Shown: positions 16,881 to 26,836, numbered from the stretch's first letter. The stretch is 28,456 nt of DNA from Chthonomonadales bacterium (GCA_038217285.1 JBBQPO010000045.1:1-28456), one strand, 5' to 3'. Program-made: numbers and translations. Notes: generated by a model from the letters alone, not told the origin.

Positions 16881-17291
16881 ATGCCACCACCCAAACGACC
16901 AGGAGGACCGCCCAGACCGGGCGGACCGCCGCGCCCAGGCGGCGGAGGGCCACCGCGACGCGGCGGAGGCGGAGGAGGCCCTCGGCCCCCCGTTGGTCCG
17001 CAGCGACCCGGAGGCGGGCCGACCCCGCGCCCGCAGCCGACCGAAGAGGAAGAGGCCGCGAGCGGCAAAGAGGCCGGAATAGAAGTTGAAGGCGTGATTA
17101 CCGAAGCGCTGCCGAACGCGATGTTCCGCGTGGAGATCCCGGTCGGGGACCAGAAGAAGTCTGTCCTCGCCCACGTTTCGGGCAAGATGCGCCAGAACTA
17201 TATTCGCATCCTGCCGGGAGACAAGGTTCTCGTCGAGCTCTCGCCCTACGATCTGGAACGCGGTCGCATCCGCTATCGCTACAAATCGTAA
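16881..17291 (+). CDS. infA: Translation initiation factor IF-1 with about 60-aa Pro/Gly-rich N-terminal extension
   Basis: Core [18 protein letters not shown]...[35 protein letters not shown]; the ATG abuts the map stop. Confidence 0.94.
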   Translation: MPPPKRPGGPPRPGGPPRPGGGGPPRRGGGGGGPRPPVGPQRPGGGPTPRPQPTEEEEAASGKEAGIEVEGVITEALPNAMFRVEIPVGDQKKSVLAHVSGKMRQNYIRILPGDKVLVELSPYDLERGRIRYRYKS

Positions 17292-17321
17292 CCTGGCGAG
17301 GAGAACTCGAAACGGATTTAC

Positions 17322-17366
17322 GGGAGGCGGAGGAGAACGGTTTCCTCCTCTGCTGACCCTCTTTTT
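17322..17366 (+). terminator. Putative intrinsic terminator after infA
   Basis: GGCGGAGGAG pairs with CTCCTCTGCT (10 bp including G-U), with an outer GGG/CCC, followed by TCTTTTT. Confidence 0.55.
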
Positions 17367-17450
17367 GTGTGTCTTTACCCATCCGGGTTGGCGCTCGCCC
17401 GTATCAACTGTCGTTCGGCGAGTGGAATTGCAAAGCATCGGAGGTGTGAT

Positions 17451-17564
17451 ATGAAAGTGCGAGCATCCGTTAAGAAAATCTGCGAGAAGTGTAAAGTCAT
17501 CAAACGGGAGGGCGTTGTGCGGGTCATCTGCACCAACCCCAAACACAAGCAAAGACAGGGTTAG
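17451..17564 (+). CDS. rpmJ: 50S ribosomal protein L36 (bL36), Zn-ribbon form
   Basis: [45 protein letters not shown]. Confidence 0.99.
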   Translation: MKVRASVKKICEKCKVIKREGVVRVICTNPKHKQRQG

Positions 17565-17645
17565 GCGTGAGCGCTGCCTGAGGCAGGTGACCGACCGGTC
17601 ATCTGCGCTTATGCGGAGTTCGCCCCGTCCCGAAGGAGGAGCGGT

Positions 17646-18023
17646 TTGGCACGTATTGCTGGCGTGGACCTGCCACGCGATAAGAAAATCGAATACGCGC
17701 TCACCTACATCTACGGAATTGGCTTACCCAGTGCCAAAAAGATCGTCGTGGACGCAGGCATCGACCCGGTTACCCGGGTACGTGAGCTGACAGAGACGGA
17801 GACGGCCAAGGTACGCGAAATTCTGGAGCGAGAATATCGGGTGGAGGGTGACCTGCGCCGCGAGTTCCAACTCAGCATTCGCCGCTTGATGGAGATCGGC
17901 TGCTACCGGGGTATGCGTCATCGGCGCGGCCTTCCGGCACGTGGTCAGCGGACGAAAACCAACGCCCGTATCCGCAAAGGGCCGAAGCGCACTGTTGCGG
18001 GCAAGAAGAAGGCGAAGAAGTAG
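17646..18023 (+). CDS. rpsM: 30S ribosomal protein S13 (uS13)
   Basis: [51 protein letters not shown] start behind AAGGAGG. Confidence 0.98.
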   Translation: MARIAGVDLPRDKKIEYALTYIYGIGLPSAKKIVVDAGIDPVTRVRELTETETAKVREILEREYRVEGDLRREFQLSIRRLMEIGCYRGMRHRRGLPARGQRTKTNARIRKGPKRTVAGKKKAKK

Positions 18024-18035
18024 GAGAGCGACACT

Positions 18036-18446
18036 ATGGCAAACAAACAGACAACCAAACCGGGCGCAAGCAAGCAGAAGTCCCGCGAAAAGAAGAACAT
18101 TGTTCAGGGTATCGCCCATATCCAGAGCACCTTCAATAACACGATCGTAACGATTTCCGATGTGCAGGGCGCGGTCATTTCCTGGGCCAGCGCAGGCAGC
18201 GTCGGGATGTTCAAGGGCACGCGCAAAGGCACCCCGTTCGCCGCACAGATCGCGGCGGAGAAGGCGGCCCGCGCCGCGCAGGAACATGGCCTGCGACGCG
18301 TAGACGTTTTCGTCAAGGGACCGGGCGCTGGCCGTGAAACGGCTATTCGCGCGCTTCAGGGCGTCGGGCTGGAGATCACGCTCATCAAGGACGTGACCCC
18401 GATCCCGCACAATGGCTGTCGTCCGCCCAAGCGACGACGTGTGTAA
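18036..18446 (+). CDS. rpsK: 30S ribosomal protein S11 (uS11)
   Basis: [45 protein letters not shown]. Confidence 0.99.
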   Translation: MANKQTTKPGASKQKSREKKNIVQGIAHIQSTFNNTIVTISDVQGAVISWASAGSVGMFKGTRKGTPFAAQIAAEKAARAAQEHGLRRVDVFVKGPGAGRETAIRALQGVGLEITLIKDVTPIPHNGCRPPKRRRV

Positions 18447-18580
18447 TGTTTTCCAACGGAGCAGCGGTGGAGGAAGCGTCTCAAGACGTGTAAACACCCG
18501 GCGACGAACGGCGCAAACGCCTCGCTCGTCCCGTTACTTCGTGGCAACGATCATCGAACCACAAGGAGCATCGTTTCAGA

Positions 18581-19252
18581 ATGGCTGATAATCACGATCC
18601 ACGGTGTCGCCAGTGTCGACGCGAGGGAGTCAAACTCTACCTCAAAGGCGACAAGTGCTTCACGCGCTGTACACTCGACAAGACGAGTCGAGACGGTAAG
18701 ACCCAGTGGCGGAACAAGCCGCCGGGCCAGCATGGCCTGCCCACCTATCAGAAGAAGACCACGGAATACGGGCATCAGTTGCGCGAGAAGCAGAAGCTGC
18801 GCCGCATCTACCGTGTCCTGGAGAACCAGTTCCGCAACTACCTGAGCGAGGCCCTGCGCCGCCCAGGTGTCACCGGTGAAAACCTGTTGCAGTTGCTCGA
18901 AACGCGCATGGACAACGTCATCTATCGGCTCGGCTTCGCCGCTTCGCGCGCCCAGGCTCGCCAGATGGTCACGCACCGCCACTTTACGGTCAATGGCCAC
19001 CGGATGAACATCCCCTCCTACATTTTGCAGCCGGGAGATGTCATCGGGGTCCATGAGACCATGGCGCGTAACGAAGGCATAAAACTGGCCCGCGAACGTG
19101 TGCTGAAGCGTTCGGTTCCGGGTTGGCTCGATGTGAACCCGCAGGCGCTGGAAGGTCGCATCGTCGCCGTTCCGAGTCTGGAAGAGATTAAAGCGAGCGG
19201 CGATGTCCGCGATATCCGTGAACAGCTCATCATTGAGTTCTATTCGCGCTGA
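18581..19252 (+). CDS. rpsD: 30S ribosomal protein S4 (uS4), four-Cys form
   Basis: CRQCRREG...KCFTRC, PPGQHG, QLREKQK, LETRMDNVIYRLG, ARQMVTH, EQLIIEFYSR. Confidence 0.98.
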   Translation: MADNHDPRCRQCRREGVKLYLKGDKCFTRCTLDKTSRDGKTQWRNKPPGQHGLPTYQKKTTEYGHQLREKQKLRRIYRVLENQFRNYLSEALRRPGVTGENLLQLLETRMDNVIYRLGFAASRAQARQMVTHRHFTVNGHRMNIPSYILQPGDVIGVHETMARNEGIKLARERVLKRSVPGWLDVNPQALEGRIVAVPSLEEIKASGDVRDIREQLIIEFYSR

Positions 19253-19325
19253 TCGGTGCGCACCGGCAGGAACCGACGCCGCTTTGTCGGCCTGCGCGGT
19301 TCGATAAACAGGAGAGTAGGAATTC

Positions 19326-20336
19326 ATGGAACTGACTCTACAGAACGTGCAGACGCTCGATACGGGGGCTACCTACGGGAAGTTCGTCATCGAGCCGCTG
19401 GAACGTGGCTATGGCGCAACGCTTGGCAGTTCGCTGCGGCGTGTGCTGCTCTCGTCCATTCCCGGCGCGGCGATCACCTATGTCAAGATCGACAAGGTCA
19501 TGCACGAGTTCTCGACTATACCGGGTGTTAAAGAAGATACGACGGAACTGCTGCTCAACCTCAAGGGGCTGAACATCCGTGTGCTTTCGCAAGGGGATCC
19601 CAAAGAGCCGAAGACCATTCGGATCGACCGTAAAGGGGAGGGCGTTGTCACCGGAGCCGATGTCGACTGTCCCAGTGACGTCGAGATCGTGAATCCGCAG
19701 GTCTATCTGGCCACGATCAACGACAGCGAATCGACCCTCTCCATCGAGCTGACCATCGAGATCAACAAGGGCTATGTCCTGCCCGACCGTCTCGAACGGC
19801 GCAGCCTGATGAATATCGGCACGATTCCCATGGGAGCGGCGTTTACGCCCGTCCGCAAGGTGAACTATATCGTCGAGCAGACCCGCGTTCAGTCGAATAC
19901 CAACCTGGAACGACTGGTGCTGGAGGTCTGGACGAATGGGACGATCACTCCGGAAACCGCGATCAGCGAGGCGGCCAAAATTCTGGTCAGCTACTTCAAG
20001 CTGTTCGAGGGCTTTCGGCCGGTCAGCGGTGGGCAGACGCCAGGCGATCTGCTGCCACCGGGACTCGAAGGCCCGCCCGCGCCCAACATCCGCATCGAGG
20101 AGCTCGATTTCTCGGTTCGCACCTACAACTGTCTGAAGAAAGCCAACATTCTGACGGTTCCGGATCTGGTGCACTATACCGAAAATGATCTGATGCAGAT
20201 TCGCAACTTCGGACGCAAATCGCTGACCGAAGTGCGCGAAAAACTGACTGCGCTGGGCCTGATTCTGAGGGGTGGCACCACGATCAACCTCGATGAAGAC
20301 GATAGCGACGCCGAACCTGATACCGAAAGCGAATAA
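19326..20336 (+). CDS. rpoA: RNA polymerase subunit alpha
   Basis: EPLERGYGATLGSSLRRVLLSS, HEFSTIPGVKED, FTPVRKV, alpha-CTD IEELDFSVRTYNCLK...NFGRKSL. Confidence 0.99.
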   Translation: MELTLQNVQTLDTGATYGKFVIEPLERGYGATLGSSLRRVLLSSIPGAAITYVKIDKVMHEFSTIPGVKEDTTELLLNLKGLNIRVLSQGDPKEPKTIRIDRKGEGVVTGADVDCPSDVEIVNPQVYLATINDSESTLSIELTIEINKGYVLPDRLERRSLMNIGTIPMGAAFTPVRKVNYIVEQTRVQSNTNLERLVLEVWTNGTITPETAISEAAKILVSYFKLFEGFRPVSGGQTPGDLLPPGLEGPPAPNIRIEELDFSVRTYNCLKKANILTVPDLVHYTENDLMQIRNFGRKSLTEVREKLTALGLILRGGTTINLDEDDSDAEPDTESE

Positions 20337-20419
20337 CGACAGGCCGGGAGACTGAGTAACTGCTTCGCGACTAGCGAGGCCACTCCTCTCCTCTCCCCCT
20401 GCCGTGGAGGATACAGACT

Positions 20420-20953
20420 ATGCGTCACCGAAAGGCGCACCGCAAATTCGGACTGCCGAGCGACCAACGCCGCGCACTCCTCAAAGGTCTTACGCGCAGC
20501 CTGCTGCTCTACGACCGTATCGTCACTACCGAGACCCGTGCCAAAGAGGTGCGGCCCATCGTGGAGAAGCTGGTCACGATGGCGCGCAAAGGCGGCACCG
20601 AAGCTACCGTCCCGATGCGCCTCCACACGCGTCGTCAGGTGCGCCGCTATGTCGATAGCAACATCGATGAGTTCGTGCGGGTGCCGGGTGGGCCGAAGGG
20701 CGGAATGAAGATCGCTCGGAACCCCTACTACGTCGTCCCGCGCCTGTTCGAGGTCATCGCTCCGCGCTACATGGAGCGGCCCGGCGGCTATACACGTATC
20801 ATTAAGATCGGTTTCCGACGCGGAGACGGCGCACCCCTGGTGTTGCTGGAGTTCGTTGAGGGTAAAGAGCCGGACGCCGTGGTCGAGCCGGAAGTGCCGC
20901 AGACCACGACCGGACGCCGCGGACTGTTCGGCCTGGGCCGACGTCATAAATAA
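20420..20953 (+). CDS. rplQ: 50S ribosomal protein L17 (bL17)
   Basis: MRHRK, IVTTETRAKE, APRYMERPGGYTRIIK, RRGDGA; GGAGG RBS. Confidence 0.98.
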   Translation: MRHRKAHRKFGLPSDQRRALLKGLTRSLLLYDRIVTTETRAKEVRPIVEKLVTMARKGGTEATVPMRLHTRRQVRRYVDSNIDEFVRVPGGPKGGMKIARNPYYVVPRLFEVIAPRYMERPGGYTRIIKIGFRRGDGAPLVLLEFVEGKEPDAVVEPEVPQTTTGRRGLFGLGRRHK

Positions 20954-21019
20954 CCTCCCGCCTGCAAGCGCTCTCCCCTTCGCGTGAACCGCGAGGAGGA
21001 GAGAGTTCGAGGAGTGACG

Positions 21020-21838
21020 GTGAGGCATTTCAAGGCGATTGTAGAGTACGATGGCACGGACTTCGCCGGGTTTCAGTGGCAGCACGAAACCCGCACCGTG
21101 CAGGGCGAACTGGAGCGCGCGATCGCGATTCGCACCGGGCAGACCCTGCGTCTGTCGGGCGCGGGGCGCACCGATGCGGGAGTGCATGCGCTGGGGCAGG
21201 TCGTCAGCTTCGGGGTAGAGACGCGGATTCCGTTGGACCGAATGGCGCTGGCGCTGAACAAGACACTGCCGCCGGACATCACCATTCGCGAGGTGACGGA
21301 AGCGGACACGGAGTTCGATGCCCGTTTTTCGGCTTCGTCGCGTGTCTACTCGTATCTGATCCTGAACCGGCGCGTACCCTCCGCCTTATGGCGGCGATAC
21401 AGCGCGCTCTGCCTGGAGCCGCTCGCGGTGGAACGTATGCGCGCGGCGGCCCGTCTGCTTCTGGGAGAGCAGGATTTTCGGGCTTTCGCCAACCAGCACG
21501 ATCCCGAGAAGGTCTCGAAGCGCGAAGTCCTGCAACTGAACGTTGGGCGTCATCGCGATTTCGTGATCGTTCGCATCGAGGCCAACGCCTTTCTGCGCGG
21601 CATGGTGCGAAATATCGTCGGCACACTCATGGAGGTCGGAACGGGCAAGCGTGACCCGGACGACATCCTATCTATCATCCAATCACAAGACCGCAGACAG
21701 GCAGGGTTCTCGGCGCCTGCACAGGGCCTCTGTCTGCTGCGGGTACGATACGGGGAGCGTAAAGACTACGCTCGACATCGCAGAGTCGCCGATCCCGCTC
21801 TGGAGCGCGGCGAGGAAACTACCGGGGAAAAACTATGA
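21020..21838 (+). CDS. truA: tRNA pseudouridine(38-40) synthase TruA
   Basis: [21 protein letters not shown] (catalytic Asp), [27 protein letters not shown] 21020 behind GAGGAG (start approximate). Confidence 0.96.
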   Translation: MRHFKAIVEYDGTDFAGFQWQHETRTVQGELERAIAIRTGQTLRLSGAGRTDAGVHALGQVVSFGVETRIPLDRMALALNKTLPPDITIREVTEADTEFDARFSASSRVYSYLILNRRVPSALWRRYSALCLEPLAVERMRAAARLLLGEQDFRAFANQHDPEKVSKREVLQLNVGRHRDFVIVRIEANAFLRGMVRNIVGTLMEVGTGKRDPDDILSIIQSQDRRQAGFSAPAQGLCLLRVRYGERKDYARHRRVADPALERGEETTGEKL

Positions 21839-22296
21839 AAACAACCATCTCGGCACGTCCCGAAGATATGGAGAAAGAGCGCGTCTGGTACGTGATGGAC
21901 GCGACCGACAAGCCGCTGGGACGCCTGGCGGTAGACGCTGCCCGTATCCTGCGCGGCAAGCATAAGCCCATCTTCACACCGCACGTGGACACCGGCGACT
22001 TCGTCATTATCATCAATGCGGAGAAGGTCGCCATTACCGGCGGCAACAAAGGCACGGAAACGGTCTACCACCATACCGGCTGGCCAGGCGCGCTGAAGTC
22101 GATCCAACGTCAGCAGGAGTTGGACAAGAGGCCGGAAGAGGCGATTCGGCGTGTGGTGCGTGGCATGGTCCCGCACAACAAGCTGGGCGACGCTGTCATC
22201 AAGAAGCTAAAAGTCTATAAAGGCTCCGTGCATCCCCATGAGGCGCAGCAGCCCGTCACCTTCACCGGCGGCGTTCAAGACAGAGGAGACAAATAA
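21835..22296 (+). CDS. rplM: 50S ribosomal protein L13 (uL13)
   Basis: [44 protein letters not shown]. Confidence 0.98.
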   Translation: MKTTISARPEDMEKERVWYVMDATDKPLGRLAVDAARILRGKHKPIFTPHVDTGDFVIIINAEKVAITGGNKGTETVYHHTGWPGALKSIQRQQELDKRPEEAIRRVVRGMVPHNKLGDAVIKKLKVYKGSVHPHEAQQPVTFTGGVQDRGDK

Positions 22297-22298
22297 GC

Positions 22299-22700
22299 GT
22301 GTCTGACGTAACTCGCACTCGCTACTACGGCACCGGACATCGCAAAAATGCGACGGCCCGTGTCTGGATCGTTCCGGGAACCGGAACGGTAACCATCAAC
22401 GAGCGCCCAGGAGCCAAATACCTGGGACGCGCCGTGCTGTCACAGATCGTGCAGCAGCCGTTCGATGTGACGGAGACGGTCGGTCGCTTCGACGTCATTG
22501 CCAAGTGCAACGGCGGCGGGCTGTCCGGTCAGGCCGGAGCCATACGACACGGCATCGCCAAAGCGCTGCTGGAGGTCGATCCCGAGAACCGGCCCCGCCT
22601 GCGCCGTACCGGTCTGCTGACCCGCGATCCTCGCGTCAAAGAGCGCAAAAAATACGGTCGCAAGAAGGCCCGTCGCGGCTTCCAGTTCAGCAAGAGATAA
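22299..22700 (+). CDS. rpsI: 30S ribosomal protein S9 (uS9)
   Basis: [55 protein letters not shown] start. Confidence 0.98.
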   Translation: MSDVTRTRYYGTGHRKNATARVWIVPGTGTVTINERPGAKYLGRAVLSQIVQQPFDVTETVGRFDVIAKCNGGGLSGQAGAIRHGIAKALLEVDPENRPRLRRTGLLTRDPRVKERKKYGRKKARRGFQFSKR

Positions 22701-23255
22701 ACGCTCTTGCATACGTCCCCGGCAACGGATTGAATGCCGTCGTTTGCGATGGATACAGGCGCGACGAGCGCAAGCGTCGGCGCGATAGAAGAATACAATA
22801 TGCAAGGTAGCGAGCGACAACGATAGGACTACACTATCCGATGAAAGCGGGTTACCAAACGAAAGTAGGTTCGGCGAATTCACAAAGTAGATTACCATAT
22901 CTGCTTTGCGAGGTCGCCGAACCCACACTTCCTATTCTGTGAAAAAAACGACTGTCCGTCAAGATGTTTGCGCAGCCACGACAAAATTTGTGTCCACGAT
23001 AGTCTCCAACAACGTTTCTGATGCCTCACTTGCAAGCAGACATTCCGATTCACGCGAGGAACGCTCTTTGACGGCAAAATAAATCCCCCGAAACCATGGT
23101 TCAGGTCATCACGCTGCTTTCGTTGGCCTGTCCGCTCCAAGCCATCTTCACCTCCTTTGGAATCGACGAACGAACATCGCAAACCTGGCGTACAAGGGAC
23201 TTTTACCAACTACCACAGATCCACGGATGTGAAATTGGCTGCCGAAAGAACGCAA

Positions 23256-26200
23256 ATGAGTATGACCAAGATCGACTTTTTAGGGCGCGCGACAGACAAA
23301 TTCAGGGAAGAACTTCGCGGCAAGACTGTACTGCGTTTCACCGCACGGCTTCTGGTTTTCGCAAGCCTATTTTTGACCGTCTGTTCGTCGAGAACTTATG
23401 CGGCCGGGCCTTCTGTGTCGCCGCTGCGGCCCGCGCACCTGCGCTGCGCGCATGAAACCGACCCTCTGGGCATCGACTATCCGCATCCGAATTTGAGCTG
23501 GTTCTCCCAAAGCCGCACGCCGGCGCTTCGGTGGCAGAGCCAGAGTGCGTATCAGGTGGAGGTCGCTTCCAGTGCTCAGCGACTCGCGCGCGGCGCTGAT
23601 CTGTGGAATTCGTCTAAAGTTGTTTCCGACCAATCCGTGGAAATCAGGTATTTGGGACGGCCGCTTCAGTCCAACATGCCGTGCTTCTGGCGCGTTAGAG
23701 TTTGGGATCAGGCGGGGCGGCCCTCGCCGTGGAGCGCGACCGCGCACTGGAGCATGGGCATCCTGTTACGGTCGGAGTGGAAGGCGAAGTGGATCGGTGC
23801 GGCCGCGCGGGAACGGCGATGGCGTGATGTCACAGTAGAAACCTCGTTTACCATACAGCGTGAGGCCGCGTCCGTGTATTTCCGCGCGGACGGACCGGGG
23901 AACGCCTACATGTGGCAAATCAGTACGGCGGGCGCTCAGCCGACTTTCCGTCCGCATGTGCGGATCAACGGTGTTTATAAGGTCCTAAAAAACATTCCTT
24001 TGGGAAACGGCTATACCAATGCCGACTTCCAGAAGCCGCACTTGCTGCGTATCGTTGCTCTGGGAATCACAATCACCACCTACCTCGACGGACACTTGAT
24101 CGATACGACCGCAGACGACAAACGCGGCAGTGGGTCGATTGGCTTTCGCGCTTCGCCCACGGAAGCGGCGACATTCCGCAGTCTGCGCGTGACAGTCCCT
24201 TCGGGAAAAGCGCTCTATGAGGATCATTTTGTCGCCAGTCGGAACAATGCGTTCAGTGCCGGCGTCATTGGCCCGAGTGGCCTGACCGTCACCAATGCGG
24301 AGGCCATGCTGGGGACCGGCAGCCTACGAACACCGATGCTGCGGCATGAATTCGCGCTGACGCAGCCGGTTCGACGCGCCTGGCTGTACGCTTCCGCGCT
24401 CGGTATCTACTCGGCGACCCTCAACGGTAGGCGGGTGGGAGATCGCTACTATGCGCCCGGCTGGACAAATTATTACCGGCGTGTCCAATACCAATGCTAC
24501 GACGTTACCAGCCTGCTGAAGCGCGGCCGCAACGCGATCGGCGCGCAGCTCGCGCCGGGGTGGTATTGTGGGAATATCGCCTGGTTTGGACCGAACCAAT
24601 ACGGGGGCGATAGTCCTGCATTTTTCGCGGAGTTGCATGTTCAGTATGTCGATGGGTCGCAGCAGGTTGTCTTGAGTGATGGCTCCTGGAAGTTCGCCGC
24701 AGGCCCGGTCGTTCAGGCAGACAACCTGGACGGAGAAACCTACGATGCCCGGCGGGAACACCCTGGTTGGGACCATGCCGGGTTTAACGATGTTGCCTGG
24801 CAGACTGCGGGCATCGTGACCCTGCCGAGCCGCGTACAAATGGTCGCGCAAATAGACCCGCCGGTGCGCGCGATCCAGGTAGTGCCTGCGGAGGCGGTCA
24901 CGCAGCCTCAGCCCGGGGTGTATCTCTACAAGCTTCCCCAGGACATTACCGGCGTCGCGCGGGTTCGTATCCAGGGGCAGCCAGGGACAACGATCACGGT
25001 CCGGCAGGGTGAGGTGCTGAATCCTGATGGCACTCTAAACCTGATCACACTCAAGTCGCCTGGAATTCCAGGAGCACGGGCGGAGGCGATTGACCGTTAC
25101 ACATTCGGCGCCTCGAGGATAGCCGTATATCAGCCGGAGTTCACGTTTCATGGCTTTCAATACATCGAAATAAGCGGGGCGGCTGCGAAGCCTTCCCTGA
25201 GCGATGTCGCCGGTGTGGTCTACGGCACCGATGTCCCCCATATCGGCAGTCTGCACACGTCCAGCGCGTTTATCAACCAGCTTCAATCGGACCTGCAGTG
25301 GTCCGGGCGTGACGCGTATATGTCCGTACCCATGGACTGCCCGCAGCGCTCGGAACGGCTGGGCTGGACAGGAGACGCGAATTTTTACGTTTCGAGCGCC
25401 GCATTCAACTTCGACATGGCCTCATTCTACGGGAAGTGGGAACGCGACATGCTGGCGGACGGCCAGTTCTCAAATGCCGCTCCGGGCTGGTACTCCGGTG
25501 ATTCCGGCGGCACGGGCGGCGGCTGGGGAGACGCCGGCGTCAACGTGCCGTTCGTGTTGTGGCAGAGCTATGGCGACACGGACATTCTCCGCGCAAGTTA
25601 CGCGGGCATGACGAAGTGGATCGACTTCCTCCAGTCGCAGAGTCCCGGTCTGATCACAAACGGCGGCGTCTCGGCGCCAGGGGACTGGAAGAGCGCGGGC
25701 GAGGGCACGCCGCAGGACCTAATCGCGACAGCTTACTTCGCTTATGACACCAGGCAACTGTCCCTCATAGCCGCAGCTATCGGCCACGCGGATGATGCCC
25801 GAAAGTACGCCTTGTTGTTCAGCGCTATCAAAAGGGCGTTCATCACGAAATTTGTTCAGCCGGATGGCGTTGTCGGCAATGGCAGCCAGACCTCCTATGT
25901 TATGGCGCTGCACATCGGATTATTACCAGACGCTCTGCGGGGGCCCGCCGGCGACAAACTGGCGGAGAATGTAGCGCGGCATCAGAACCATCTCACCACA
26001 GGATTTGTGGGAACACAGTGGCTCCTGCCCACCCTGACCCGGATCGGCCGTATCGACCTCGCTTACAGTGTTCTGGAGCAGACGACGCAGCCGTCATGGG
26101 GCTACATGATGTCGCACAAAACGACAACCATCTGGGAGACGTGGGATGTCATCGCGCCGGACGGATCGTTTCCGAACGGGCCCTTTTCGCTTAATCACTG

Positions 26201-26597
26201 CGCTTTAGGTTCCTGTGGCGATTGGCTGTACCGTACAATCGGCGGCATCGCTCCAGACCCTGAGTACCCCGGCTACAAAAGGTTTATTGTTCAGCCCAGA
26301 CCCGGCGGTGCGGACCTCAATTCCGCGAGCGCCTCTTACCGCTGTGTTTATGGGACGATCACAACCCATTGGCGGGTGCAAGGCGCGCTCTTTGTACTGG
26401 ATGTGACTGTTCCGGTAAACACGAGGGCCACAGTCTACATGCCCGCCGCTTCCAAACAAGAGGTGCAAGAAGGGTCTGGCCAGCCTGCTTACCTCGTCCG
26501 GGGCGTTCAGTTCCAGGGGATGGAAGGAAAGTCGGCGATGTTCGTGGTCGGATCGGGACAGTACCACTTTACGTCGACCTTGCCGCCATCCCCCTAG
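23256..26597 (+). CDS. Secreted glycoside hydrolase family 78 (alpha-L-rhamnosidase-like); start uncertain (ORF open from 23157)
   Basis: Signal-like RLLVFASLFLTVCSSRTYA; GH78 motifs QSAYQVEV, LWNSSKV, APGWTNY..RVQYQCYDVT, GETYDAR, FTFHGFQY, PMDCPQRSERLGWTGDA, LTTGFVGT, TTIWETW, SLNH, DVTVPVNT. Confidence 0.9.
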   Translation: MSMTKIDFLGRATDKFREELRGKTVLRFTARLLVFASLFLTVCSSRTYAAGPSVSPLRPAHLRCAHETDPLGIDYPHPNLSWFSQSRTPALRWQSQSAYQVEVASSAQRLARGADLWNSSKVVSDQSVEIRYLGRPLQSNMPCFWRVRVWDQAGRPSPWSATAHWSMGILLRSEWKAKWIGAAARERRWRDVTVETSFTIQREAASVYFRADGPGNAYMWQISTAGAQPTFRPHVRINGVYKVLKNIPLGNGYTNADFQKPHLLRIVALGITITTYLDGHLIDTTADDKRGSGSIGFRASPTEAATFRSLRVTVPSGKALYEDHFVASRNNAFSAGVIGPSGLTVTNAEAMLGTGSLRTPMLRHEFALTQPVRRAWLYASALGIYSATLNGRRVGDRYYAPGWTNYYRRVQYQCYDVTSLLKRGRNAIGAQLAPGWYCGNIAWFGPNQYGGDSPAFFAELHVQYVDGSQQVVLSDGSWKFAAGPVVQADNLDGETYDARREHPGWDHAGFNDVAWQTAGIVTLPSRVQMVAQIDPPVRAIQVVPAEAVTQPQPGVYLYKLPQDITGVARVRIQGQPGTTITVRQGEVLNPDGTLNLITLKSPGIPGARAEAIDRYTFGASRIAVYQPEFTFHGFQYIEISGAAAKPSLSDVAGVVYGTDVPHIGSLHTSSAFINQLQSDLQWSGRDAYMSVPMDCPQRSERLGWTGDANFYVSSAAFNFDMASFYGKWERDMLADGQFSNAAPGWYSGDSGGTGGGWGDAGVNVPFVLWQSYGDTDILRASYAGMTKWIDFLQSQSPGLITNGGVSAPGDWKSAGEGTPQDLIATAYFAYDTRQLSLIAAAIGHADDARKYALLFSAIKRAFITKFVQPDGVVGNGSQTSYVMALHIGLLPDALRGPAGDKLAENVARHQNHLTTGFVGTQWLLPTLTRIGRIDLAYSVLEQTTQPSWGYMMSHKTTTIWETWDVIAPDGSFPNGPFSLNHCALGSCGDWLYRTIGGIAPDPEYPGYKRFIVQPRPGGADLNSASASYRCVYGTITTHWRVQGALFVLDVTVPVNTRATVYMPAASKQEVQEGSGQPAYLVRGVQFQGMEGKSAMFVVGSGQYHFTSTLPPSP

Positions 26598-26836
26598 CGC
26601 TAGCGCATTAGGACCGCCGCCAGATGGGGTAACAGTCGCCGCCGATCTATAGCCGAAAGGTACCATTTTGCCGAACATGTCTTTTCCGGCTCGTTACAAG
26701 GTCTGAGAATCAATAAGACGTCCATGGAGTACAACAACGATTGAACCTGTTGGCGAATCCTTTCCGCCCTACTCTAAACCCTTCATAAATTCATTGCTGC
26801 GCGTTTAAGAGGAAGGCCCCAGTTCTCATATCGCTC

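Noticed and set aside
22841-22857. LacI/CcpA-like operator ATGAAAGCGGGTTACCA upstream of the GH78 gene
   Set aside because: Only the left half matches; symmetry and spacing are imperfect, and no regulator gene is in the window.
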